DNA from: Thermoanaerobaculia bacterium
GTDB lineage: Bacteria; Acidobacteriota; Thermoanaerobaculia; Multivoradales; Multivoraceae
Direction: 5' to 3'
Assembly: GCA_963666565.1 (NCBI GenBank)
Contig: OY762911.1
Span: forward strand, 2,304,001-2,368,000
Length of the DNA: 64,000 nt
Positions 53,474-61,996 of the stretch are shown piece by piece. The position numbers were made by a program, and so were the translations under genes. Positions within the stretch are counted from its first letter, which is position 1. Every line of letters begins with the position of its first letter. The notes under the pieces are model-generated. The model was not told where the DNA came from. It saw only the letters and a list, made by a program, of their open reading frames with translations, and searched no databases.

Positions 53474-53770
53474 TCAGGACTGCGACGTACTCCGCTGGAA
53501 GTAGAAGGTCAAGATGAGGACCGCGAGAGGGAGGAGGCCAATCTTGATGAACTCGAAGATCTCCGGGAGTGCGTTGAAGCTGTCACTCTTGCCCGTCAGA
53601 CTCGCCCACACGTAGAGACCGGAGAAGGTGAAGGCGAAGAGGCCGACGATGGCCAAGGTCCAGCCGGCGAGCCGGAGGACCTTGGCGGGGTCAGGACTAC
53701 GGAGTGGGTAGTCGCGGGAGAGCTTGACCGGCTCATCCTCGACTCGGAGATCGGGAAGGTGGTCCGACAC
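53474..53770 (-). CDS. Small two-TM membrane protein
   Basis: Two hydrophobic segments; GTG start 4 nt after the upstream stop. Confidence 0.65.
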   Translation of the reverse strand: MSDHLPDLRVEDEPVKLSRDYPLRSPDPAKVLRLAGWTLAIVGLFAFTFSGLYVWASLTGKSDSFNALPEIFEFIKIGLLPLAVLILTFYFQRSTSQS

Positions 53771-53774
53771 GGCA

Positions 53775-53999
53775 CTACATCAGCCCGGAGATCCGCTTGA
53801 CGGCTTGCACTTTGCCGTCGCTCGTGATCTCGGCGAACGCCAGCGAGCGCCCCTGTTCCTCCTGCTCCTGGATGGCCTCCAGAAGGGCCACCATTCGGCC
53901 CAGGGTCTGGTGCTTGGTGAGGTGGTGCTTGCGGGCGAACCTGTCCAAGACCTGGTGAGCATCAGGCGGTAGAATGATGGGCAGTTCCTGGGTTGGCAT
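53775..53999 (-). CDS. Small ribbon-helix-helix/CopG-like DNA-binding protein
   Basis: ELPIILPPDAHQVLDRFARKHHLTKHQTLGRMVALL gives a strand-helix-helix pattern; GGAG upstream. Confidence 0.6.
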   Translation of the reverse strand: MPTQELPIILPPDAHQVLDRFARKHHLTKHQTLGRMVALLEAIQEQEEQGRSLAFAEITSDGKVQAVKRISGLM

Positions 54000-54113
54000 G
54001 ACGGTTCTCCGTGAAGGTTCGCTCTGCTGTTCCGCAGGCTAGCAGAGTCGGAGGGGCCGGGCAGGGAAGGTAGGATGTTGAGCAGACGTCGACTGCGAGC
54101 GAGGGGAGGACTC

Positions 54114-55088
54114 ATGGGCTACAGAACGCGAATCGCCGCCTCGATGCTGGCCGGCGCCCTTCTGGCCGCGGCTGTTTCGGCGCAGGCCTGGGCCGGGCGC
54201 GGGCGCCTGAGCGGCACGGTTCAGGATGCGGACGGCAATCCGGTGGAGGGGGCGAGCGTCCAGCTCACCCTCAACGGGGCGGGGCCGGAGGCGGTCTCGA
54301 CGAACGCGAAGGGGCGCTGGGCGCGCGCCGGATTGGGCGGCGGAACCTGGGACGTGCTCGTGTCCAAGGCGGGCTACGTGTCGACGACGCACACGGCGCC
54401 GGTGCAGGAGTACGCGGCGCCCGCGGATCGGGTCTTTCTGAGGACGACCCTGGAGGCGGGGACCGCGGCGGCGACCGACGGGTCGGCGGCGGCGCTGGAG
54501 GACAACGAGGCGGCCCAGGCGGCGCGGGGGTTGCTGGAGCAAGGCAACTCCCTGCTCCTGACGCAGGACTACCAAGGGGCGATCCAGGCGTTCCAGGAGG
54601 CGTTTCCGTCTCTGCCGGACGGCGGCAAGGCGGCGGTGCTGGTCGCCGTGGCCCAGGCGCAGGTGGCGCTGGAGCGGGACGACGAGGCGATCGCCAGCCT
54701 GGAGCAGGCGCTTGGCTTCGCGCCGTCGAACGTGGACGCCCTGCGGCTGATCAGCCGCCGGCTCACCGCGATGGGGCGGGGCGACGAGGCCCGGCAGTAC
54801 CTCGAACGGATGCCGGAGGATCAGCGGGCGGACCCGGAGATTCTGGTGCGCGAGGGCGTCGCGCTTTACAACCAGAACGACTTCGAGGGGGCTCTGGCCA
54901 AGCTGAACGTGGCGGTGGAAGCGGCCCCGGACTGGGCGGACGCCTACTACTTCCGCGGCCTCTCGAACATGGCTTCCGGGAACAATGCCGAGGCCGCGGC
55001 CGACTTCCGCCGGATGCTCGAGCTTGAGCCGGAGGGCGAGAAGGCCGAGGAGGCGAAGCAGTTCGCGGAGTACCTGGAATCGCTCTGA
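54114..55088 (+). CDS. Carboxypeptidase-regulatory-like domain + TPR protein, exported
   Basis: AQAWAGRGRLSGTVQDADGNPVEGASV...TNAKGRW followed by TPRs; GGAGG upstream of ATG 54114. Confidence 0.87.
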   Translation: MGYRTRIAASMLAGALLAAAVSAQAWAGRGRLSGTVQDADGNPVEGASVQLTLNGAGPEAVSTNAKGRWARAGLGGGTWDVLVSKAGYVSTTHTAPVQEYAAPADRVFLRTTLEAGTAAATDGSAAALEDNEAAQAARGLLEQGNSLLLTQDYQGAIQAFQEAFPSLPDGGKAAVLVAVAQAQVALERDDEAIASLEQALGFAPSNVDALRLISRRLTAMGRGDEARQYLERMPEDQRADPEILVREGVALYNQNDFEGALAKLNVAVEAAPDWADAYYFRGLSNMASGNNAEAAADFRRMLELEPEGEKAEEAKQFAEYLESL

Positions 55089-57370
55089 GGAGGCGGCTCC
55101 GGCAGGGGGCGGCCGCCCTCCTGCTGGCGGTTCCGTTCCTGGCGGCCTGTCAGTCCGGCGGAGACCGCGAGGAGGAGTCGGGCGCGCGGGCCGGGCCAGC
55201 CGCGCCGTCCGCTGTATCGGCGGCGCGAGGCGCCGGGCAATCGCCGCAGCAGGCTACGGAGCGGCGGTCGGGTCCGGCTGACGCCTGGCCCGAGGCGCCG
55301 CCGCCCGGCTTCGCCCGCGACGTTGTCCTGGTGACGATCGACACGCTGCGCGCGGACGCGACCGGTTTCGCCGGCAACGCGGCGGCGGCGACCCCGCACC
55401 TGGACGAACTGGCCGCTGGCGGCTGGGTGTTCGAGCGGGCGCACGCGCACAGCGTGATGACGCTGCCGTCCCACGCCAACCTGCTGACGGGCCGGTTGCC
55501 GTACGAGCACGGCGTGCGCGACAACGCGGGCTTCGTGTTGCCGGCGTCCGTGCCGACCGCCGCGGAGGCGCTCGCGGCCGCTGGCTTTCGCACCGGCGCC
55601 TTCGTGGCGGCGTTCCCGCTCGACGCCCGCTACGGCCTGGACCGGGGCTTCGAGGTCTACGACGACTCCTATCCCGAGGGTGCGACCCGGGGCGGGGCGG
55701 TCGCGGAGCGAAGCGGCGACGAGGTGGTCGCTGGGGCGATCTCCTGGTGGCGGCGGCACGAGGGCGAACGCCGCTTCCTCTGGGTTCATCTCTACGAGCC
55801 GCATGTGCCGTACGAGCCACCGCCGCCGTTCGCCGCGCGGTTCCCCGAACGGCCCTACCTGGGCGAGGTCGCGGCGGCCGACGCCTACGTGGGGCGGCTG
55901 CACGAGGCCGCGGCGCCCGGCGAAGGCGGCCCGGACGTGCTCTTCGTCGTCACGTCGGACCACGGCGAGGGCCTGGGCGACCATGGTGAGGCGACGCACG
56001 GGCTGTTCGCCTACGAGGCGACGCTAGCGGTGCCGCTCGTGTTGTGGGCCGAGGCGCTGACCGCCGCCAGAATCGGTTCGCCGGTCGGGCACGTCGACGT
56101 CCTGCCCACGATGCTGGAGGCGGCCGGGGTCGAGGCGGCTGCGTTCGCCGGCACGGCGGGCCGCAGCCTCTGGCGGGATCCCGGCGGCGGGTCGGCCGGC
56201 GCTCACGGCGCTCGGCGCGCGACCTACTTCGAGGCGCTGCACGCGAACCTGCAGCGCGGCTGGGCGCCCCTGCGCGGCGTGGTCGGCCGGGCGGTGCCGG
56301 AGGAGGACGGCGCGGGAAGGTCCGGACGGCTTCTCAAGTACGTTTCGCTGCCGCGGCCCGAGCTCTACGATCTCGACGCGGACCCGGCGGAAGCACGGAA
56401 CCTCCACGCGGCGGACCGCGACGCGGCGGCGGCACTCGCGGCGCTCCTGCCGGCCGAATCGGAGTGGCCGCCCGCGGCGGGTGCCGTCAGCGAGGAGGAA
56501 CGGCGGGCTCTCCAGAGCCTCGGCTACCTGAGTTCCTCCGGCGGTGTGTCCCTGCCGCGCGCCTACGGCGAGGAGGACGACCCGAAGTCCCTCGTCGACG
56601 TCGACCGGATGATCCAGGACTACTCGGCGGCTTACCAGGCGGGCCGCCTGGAGCAGGCCGAGGCGCTGGCGCGGCGGATGATCGAACGCCGGCCCGGCAT
56701 GGGTCTCGGCTACGCGAACCTGGCCCAGGTTCTGCTGGACCGGGGGCGGATCGAGGAGGCGCTTCGCCTGATGATCGATGCCGAACGGCGGGGGCTGGCG
56801 TCGCCGTACCTCGAGCGGCAGTTGGCGTTGACACTCGCCCAGGTGGGCAGGACGGAGGACGCGGTGCGTCTGATGGAGCGCCACGCGGAGTCGAGCGACC
56901 CGGACGCGCTCGACGTTCTCGGCCTAGTGCTGGCGGAGGCGGGACGGACGGCGCGGGCGCGGGAGGTTCTCCTGCGGTCCCTCGACGTCGACGAGAGGAA
57001 CCCGCGGGCGCGTCAGAATCTGGCGCTGGCGGCCCTGCACGATGGCGACTGGCCGCTCTGCGAGCGGGAGGCGCGCGCCGCGCTGGCGCTCAATCCGGGG
57101 CTGTCGCTGGCGTGGAACTACCTGGGGATCGCGCTGTTCAACCAGCGCCGGGCGGACGAGGCGATCGGGGCCTGGCAGCGGTCGGTCGAGCTCGATCCGG
57201 GGGATCTCGGCGTGCTGTTCAACCTGGGGAGCGTGGCGGCGCGGACGGGGCGGCGGGAGGTGGCCCGGCCGGCGTTGGAGCGGTATGTGCGGGAAGCGGC
57301 GGCGCCGTCTCTTGGCGGCCGGTATGCGGCGGATGTGGAGGTGGCGCGGGGGTTGTTGCGGGGGTTGTAG
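55085..57370 (+). CDS. Second alkaline-phosphatase-superfamily ('sulfatase-like') + TPR lipoprotein; probable CTG start
   Basis: DVVLVTIDTLRAD, TLPSHANLLTG, HLYEPH, SDHGE, LQSLGYL, TPRs. The frame is open upstream of GTG 55331 and encodes RRRLRQGAAALLLAVPFLAAC. Confidence 0.85.
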   Translation: MRRRLRQGAAALLLAVPFLAACQSGGDREEESGARAGPAAPSAVSAARGAGQSPQQATERRSGPADAWPEAPPPGFARDVVLVTIDTLRADATGFAGNAAAATPHLDELAAGGWVFERAHAHSVMTLPSHANLLTGRLPYEHGVRDNAGFVLPASVPTAAEALAAAGFRTGAFVAAFPLDARYGLDRGFEVYDDSYPEGATRGGAVAERSGDEVVAGAISWWRRHEGERRFLWVHLYEPHVPYEPPPPFAARFPERPYLGEVAAADAYVGRLHEAAAPGEGGPDVLFVVTSDHGEGLGDHGEATHGLFAYEATLAVPLVLWAEALTAARIGSPVGHVDVLPTMLEAAGVEAAAFAGTAGRSLWRDPGGGSAGAHGARRATYFEALHANLQRGWAPLRGVVGRAVPEEDGAGRSGRLLKYVSLPRPELYDLDADPAEARNLHAADRDAAAALAALLPAESEWPPAAGAVSEEERRALQSLGYLSSSGGVSLPRAYGEEDDPKSLVDVDRMIQDYSAAYQAGRLEQAEALARRMIERRPGMGLGYANLAQVLLDRGRIEEALRLMIDAERRGLASPYLERQLALTLAQVGRTEDAVRLMERHAESSDPDALDVLGLVLAEAGRTARAREVLLRSLDVDERNPRARQNLALAALHDGDWPLCEREARAALALNPGLSLAWNYLGIALFNQRRADEAIGAWQRSVELDPGDLGVLFNLGSVAARTGRREVARPALERYVREAAAPSLGGRYAADVEVARGLLRGL

Positions 57371-57408
57371 GAGAGTGGTCGCCGCTTCGCGGCGGCGCTT
57401 TCCGGGGT

Positions 57409-57548
57409 GCGGGTCAGAAGACCCGCGCACCCAGCGGAAGACTGCCGCGCAGGGAACGGACCCTCTGCTGGGTGCGCGGGTCTTCTGACCCGCTGCCGCC
57501 GAAGGCGGCCAGGAACACGCGCCGGCCGTTAAGGCCGGCTCCGCTCCG
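57409..57548. repeat. Two REP-like palindromes (reverse then forward) plus core half-element between convergent genes
   Basis: Copies at 57409-57434 and 57468-57493. Confidence 0.88.
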
Positions 57549-57561
57549 GCGGTGGGAGGAG

Positions 57562-60024
57562 TCAGTTTCCGTCTGGAGGTGGAGTCTCCGCCGCGGCGAG
57601 ACCCTGCTCTCGCGTGGCCTGCTGATCTTCGGCGTAGAGCTCCCTGTAGCGCTCCATGTGGACCGCGGCCTCGTCGTTTCGCCCGAGGCGTTGCAGCACT
57701 TGGGCGAGGCCGTAGATCGCTTCGCTGTGATCGGGCGCGGCGGCGACGGCTTGGCGGTAGGCCTCTTCGGCCTTCGCGAGGCGGGACTGCTCGTCCGCCG
57801 TTCCCGCGGCGTCGCCGGCCGCGCCGTCCCAGGCGCGGGCCAGGTCGATCAGCAGCGCGGCGTCCGGCTCGGACAGCGCCGCGTCCGGTTCGGGCGGCGA
57901 CGCGTCCGGTTCAGGCGACGCGGCATCAGGCCCGGGCAGCGCCGCCGCGCGTTCCAGGGACTCCGCCGCCGCGAGGTGTTCGCCGCGCCAGAGCAGCAGG
58001 CCGCCGAGCATCCGGTGCGCCGCCGCCGAGGACGGTTCGAGCGCGACGGCCTCGCGGGCGTGCAGTTCGGCCTCCGCCGGCTTGTTGTTCTCCCACAGCG
58101 CCGAGGCCAGGTCGATGCGGAGGCTGGCGTCCTCCGGGTCGAGCAGGACCGCGCGGTCCAGGGGCGCCTCGGCGGCGCGGAAGTCCCGGTTTCGCAGGAG
58201 TTCGCGCCCCAACTCCGCCGGCGGCAGTTCATCGCTCCGGCCGCCGCCCGCCGCTCCGGCCGCGCGCAGCCGGTCGAGATGGCCCTGGGCCACCGCGTCG
58301 CCCGGCCGCAGTTCCAGCAACCGTCGCAGCAGTCCGGAGGCTTCGCCGTTCCGGCCGTCGCTCATCAGCAGGACGGCGTAGTCCTGCAGCGTTGCCGTAT
58401 GGGTCGGCTGGGCCGCCAGCGCCTGGCGGAACATCTCCTCGGACTCGGACGTCCGTTCGAGCGACATGAGCACCGCGCCCCGCTGATAGAGGCCGTCGGC
58501 CCGCCCGGGCGCGGCGGCGAGCGCCCGGTCGGCGGCCGCCAGCGCCTCTTCGTTCCGGCCCGCGTCGAGCAGGATCGACGACGCGGCGTACGCGGGCCGC
58601 GGGTCGGCGGAGGCCAGCCGCGCCTCGCGGGCCAGGACGCTCAGCGCCTCCTCGATCTCGCCGCCGGCGGCGAGTTCCAGCGCGCCGCGCACCTCGCGGC
58701 CCGTCGGATCCGCGATGTCCTGCCGCCGCCGGTTGACGGACGCCACTTCGTCGGTCGCGTCGCGGGACAGTTCCTGGAATCGCTCCAGGACCTCGCGCGC
58801 CTCTTCCCGTTCGCCACTGGCGGCGAGGGCCTGCCCGAGCGCCTGGTAGGCGTCCGCCTTGCCGGCGTCGAGTTCGGTGGCCAGGCGCAGGAAGGGCACC
58901 GCGCGCGCCGCCTCGCCGGACGAATGGAGGTAGCGGCCGTACTCGAGGACGATGTCGCGCGCCACCGGCGGCGGGTTCTCCGGCGCCGGATTCTCGGGCA
59001 GCGGCTCGGCGTACGGCGCGAGGGTCGCGATCGCCTCGTCGAGCCGGCCGGCCTGGAAGTACGCGCTCGCCAGCAGCACGGCGTCCTCGGGTCCGGCGCC
59101 TTCGAGCGACTCCATCTGTTCCAGGGCGCCCTCGGCCTCGCCGACGACGAGGTAGGCGCGGGCGAGGGTGCGGCGGATGCCGCCGCCGATGTCCGGCGCC
59201 GGGTCGGCGGCGAGGTCGCGGAGCTCGCCGATCGCGCCCCAGGGGTCCGCCTGCTGGAGCAGGACCTGGGCGCGCAGCATCTTGACGCCGGGGTCGTCGG
59301 CCGGGAGCCCTTCGAGCAGGGCCTCGGCCTCGGGCGCTCGCTCCAGGGCGATGGCGCCGGCCGCGGCGGCCGCCCGGGCCTCCAGGTCGCCGGGGTTCGA
59401 GGCGGTCCAGGGTTGCAGGAAGGCGTAGGCCTCGGCGGGGTGGCCGTAGCGCCCGAGCATCATGCCGAGCGCGCGCAGGGCCGGCGAGTACGGCTGGACG
59501 CCGAGCGATCGCCGGTAGTACTCGCCCGCGTCCTGGACGCGGCCCGCCGCCTCGGCCGCGCGGCCGGCGTTGTAGAGCACGCCGGCGTCCGCCGGTTCGC
59601 GCTCGGTCAGCGGGGCGAGGATCTCCGTCGCCTGATCGAAGGCCCCCGCCTCGACGTGGAGGCTGCCGAGCAGGGCGCAGGCGGCGTCGCGGTCGCCGGC
59701 GCCGCCGCCGGCTTCGGCTTCGGAACCGGCGCAGAGCGTCTCGGCGGCGGCGATGGCGCCCTGGAGGTCGCCGGCGTTGGCCAGGGCAAGCGCCTCGGCG
59801 ATGCCGGCGCCCGCGCCCGGAGCGGCGTCGCCCGGTTGCTGGGCGGGCGCCGGCGCCGCCGCCGCGTCGAGGGGCGCGGCGAGTACGGCCGCGGTCAGAA
59901 TCGCGGCCCCGAGGGCCGCGGAGCGTCTGGCGGCGCCGCGGTTGCGGGTCGACGCGGCGCCGTCGCGGGCTTGAACGCGGCCTCGATCCGCTTCGTCGCG
60001 GCCGCGCCGGGGATTCCGACTCAT
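57562..60024 (-). CDS. Large exported TPR-repeat protein
   Basis: Signal peptide followed by continuous TPR-like helical repeats. Confidence 0.85.
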   Translation of the reverse strand: MSRNPRRGRDEADRGRVQARDGAASTRNRGAARRSAALGAAILTAAVLAAPLDAAAAPAPAQQPGDAAPGAGAGIAEALALANAGDLQGAIAAAETLCAGSEAEAGGGAGDRDAACALLGSLHVEAGAFDQATEILAPLTEREPADAGVLYNAGRAAEAAGRVQDAGEYYRRSLGVQPYSPALRALGMMLGRYGHPAEAYAFLQPWTASNPGDLEARAAAAAGAIALERAPEAEALLEGLPADDPGVKMLRAQVLLQQADPWGAIGELRDLAADPAPDIGGGIRRTLARAYLVVGEAEGALEQMESLEGAGPEDAVLLASAYFQAGRLDEAIATLAPYAEPLPENPAPENPPPVARDIVLEYGRYLHSSGEAARAVPFLRLATELDAGKADAYQALGQALAASGEREEAREVLERFQELSRDATDEVASVNRRRQDIADPTGREVRGALELAAGGEIEEALSVLAREARLASADPRPAYAASSILLDAGRNEEALAAADRALAAAPGRADGLYQRGAVLMSLERTSESEEMFRQALAAQPTHTATLQDYAVLLMSDGRNGEASGLLRRLLELRPGDAVAQGHLDRLRAAGAAGGGRSDELPPAELGRELLRNRDFRAAEAPLDRAVLLDPEDASLRIDLASALWENNKPAEAELHAREAVALEPSSAAAHRMLGGLLLWRGEHLAAAESLERAAALPGPDAASPEPDASPPEPDAALSEPDAALLIDLARAWDGAAGDAAGTADEQSRLAKAEEAYRQAVAAAPDHSEAIYGLAQVLQRLGRNDEAAVHMERYRELYAEDQQATREQGLAAAETPPPDGN

Positions 60025-60034
60025 GGCGGCGATG

Positions 60035-61996
60035 CTATCGCCGCAGGAGCGCCCGCCTGCCGGACGGCAGGTCCAGCAGCACGAGCGGGCGTTGGCCCGA
60101 CGGCGGACGGACGACGACCCGGTCGATGCGCTCCTCTTCGCCGAGTCCGAAGAAGGCCGCGAGCGCGCTCTGCGAGAGGTAGGACGAACCGGCTCGCGTT
60201 TCGCGCACCTGCGTCGTCTCCCCGGCGGCGAGCTCGAGGCGGACGCCCGGAGTCGCGGCGCCGCCCGTACCGTCGCCGGCGTTCGCGCTGCCGCCGGAGG
60301 GGCTCGCGGCTTCTGTGGCGCTTGAACTGCCGGCGACGAACGTCAGGGCGAACCAGGCGCCGGAAGCGCGGTTCTCGTACGCCTCGGCGACCTGGTTCGA
60401 GTTGACCGCGATCAGGTCCAGGTCGCCGTCCAGGTCGAAGTCGGCGACCGCCGAGCCGCGGCTCGTGCGCACCTCGTCGAGGCCCGCGTCGGTCCGTTCC
60501 CGGAATCGTCCGCCGCCCAGGTTCTCGAACAACTGGTTCGGCTGCTCGTAGGCGCCGACCTCGCCGATGCTGGCCGCCCGCGGCTGGATGTGGCCGTTGG
60601 CGACGAAGATGTCGAGGTCGCCGTCGAGGTCGGCGTCGAACGCGTTCACGCCGAAGGCGAGTCGCTGGAGGGACGGCTGGGCGAGGCCGGCGGGGAAGCG
60701 CCGGTCGAGGAACACGCCGCCGCCGGCGTTGCGGTAGAAGGCGTTCGTCTCGAGCGCGAAGTTCGTGACGACGAGGTCCTGGCGGCCGTCGCCATCGAGG
60801 TCGGCCAGCTCGACGCCCATGCCGGCCTCGGCGGCGCCGCTCCGGTCGAAGGCCGCGCCGGAGAGCAGGGACTCGTCCTCGAACCGGCCGCCGCCGAGGC
60901 TGCGGAAAAGCAGGTTCGGGTCCTTGTCGTTGGCCACGTAGATGTCGGGCCAGCGGTCGCCGTCGAGGTCGCCGACGACGACGCCGAGGCCGGCTTCGGC
61001 CGGGCCGTCCAGGCCGCTGGCGGCGGTGGCGTCGGTGAAGAAACCGCTGCCGTCGTTGAGGTACAGCCGGTCCGTGACGCCGTTGTACATGTCCGGGTGG
61101 CAGTAGCCGCGTTCGCTGGAGTCGCCGGAGTCGCCGGAGTCGCCGGAGTCGCCGGAGTCGCGGGTGCCGCCGTCGCTGCTTCCGCTCAGGCCGCAGGGCT
61201 TGTGGTTCGCGATCGAGAAGTCCGTGTAGTTGGTCACGTACAGGTCGAGGTCGCCGTCGAGGTCGAGATCGGCGAAGGCGGCCGAGGCGCTCCAGCGCGG
61301 GTCGGCGACGCCGCGCTCGGCGCCGGCGGAGCGGAAGCTGCCGTCGCCGAGGTTCAGGAAGAGCTCGTTGCGCCCGAACGCGGTGACGTAGAGGTCCAGG
61401 TCGCCGTCGTTGTCGACATCGCCCGCCGCGCCGCCGATGCCGTAGCCGTGGAAATCCATGCCGGCCGCGTCCGTCACGTCGACGAAGCGCGCGGGGCTGT
61501 CGCCGGCGCCGATGCCGTCGCTGTCGCTGTTGCCGCCGCTGTGGCCGGCGTCGTTGCGCAGCAGTCGGGAGCGGGGAACTGGCCCTTCATAGCCCGGCAG
61601 GGCGCCGCCGTCGATGAAGAAGGCATCCTCGTCGCCGTCGCGGTCGTAGTCGAAGAGGACGACGCCGCCGCCCATCGTCTCGACCATGTAGTGCCGGCCC
61701 GTGAAGCCGGCGTTGTGGCGGAAGTCGAGGCCCCAGTCGGCGGCCACTTCCCGGAAGGCGATCTCGCCGGCGGCGGCGCCGAGCGGCAGCGGCGAGCCGA
61801 GCAACGCCAGGCACGCCACGGCGGCAAGCGCGGCATGCCGGTCAGCGTGGACGAGGCGCTGGCGGCGCCTACGCGAACGCGCCGCCTCCCCGCTCGGCCT
61901 GGGACGCTGTCCGCGCGTGGGCAGCGCGGACTCCGGGCATGGCCCGATCACCTCGATCGACCTGAGGTGCCGCCCGCTCACGGCACGCGCGGTCAA
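60035..61996 (-). CDS. CRTAC1 / ASPIC-UnbV family protein
   Basis: ETMGGGVVLFDYDRDGD, YCHPDMY, EAGMG, SRGSAVADFDLDGD, GSSYLSQS. TTG 61996 overlaps the upstream stop; start uncertain. Confidence 0.86.
   Translation of the reverse strand: MTARAVSGRHLRSIEVIGPCPESALPTRGQRPRPSGEAARSRRRRQRLVHADRHAALAAVACLALLGSPLPLGAAAGEIAFREVAADWGLDFRHNAGFTGRHYMVETMGGGVVLFDYDRDGDEDAFFIDGGALPGYEGPVPRSRLLRNDAGHSGGNSDSDGIGAGDSPARFVDVTDAAGMDFHGYGIGGAAGDVDNDGDLDLYVTAFGRNELFLNLGDGSFRSAGAERGVADPRWSASAAFADLDLDGDLDLYVTNYTDFSIANHKPCGLSGSSDGGTRDSGDSGDSGDSGDSSERGYCHPDMYNGVTDRLYLNDGSGFFTDATAASGLDGPAEAGLGVVVGDLDGDRWPDIYVANDKDPNLLFRSLGGGRFEDESLLSGAAFDRSGAAEAGMGVELADLDGDGRQDLVVTNFALETNAFYRNAGGGVFLDRRFPAGLAQPSLQRLAFGVNAFDADLDGDLDIFVANGHIQPRAASIGEVGAYEQPNQLFENLGGGRFRERTDAGLDEVRTSRGSAVADFDLDGDLDLIAVNSNQVAEAYENRASGAWFALTFVAGSSSATEAASPSGGSANAGDGTGGAATPGVRLELAAGETTQVRETRAGSSYLSQSALAAFFGLGEEERIDRVVVRPPSGQRPLVLLDLPSGRRALLRR

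Noticed and set aside
53253-53800. ORFs 53253-53504 and 53330-53800 as the Panacea-cognate toxin
   Set aside because: No toxin motif or protein-like composition; the longer one is largely antisense to the two-TM gene.
56044-60405. 1453-aa ORF and similar long Arg/Gly/Pro-rich ORFs (17591-21211, 21168-23618, 27081-29630, 49104-51773 and others)
   Set aside because: Off-frame or antisense overlaps of well-supported genes; expected in very high-GC DNA and lacking motifs.
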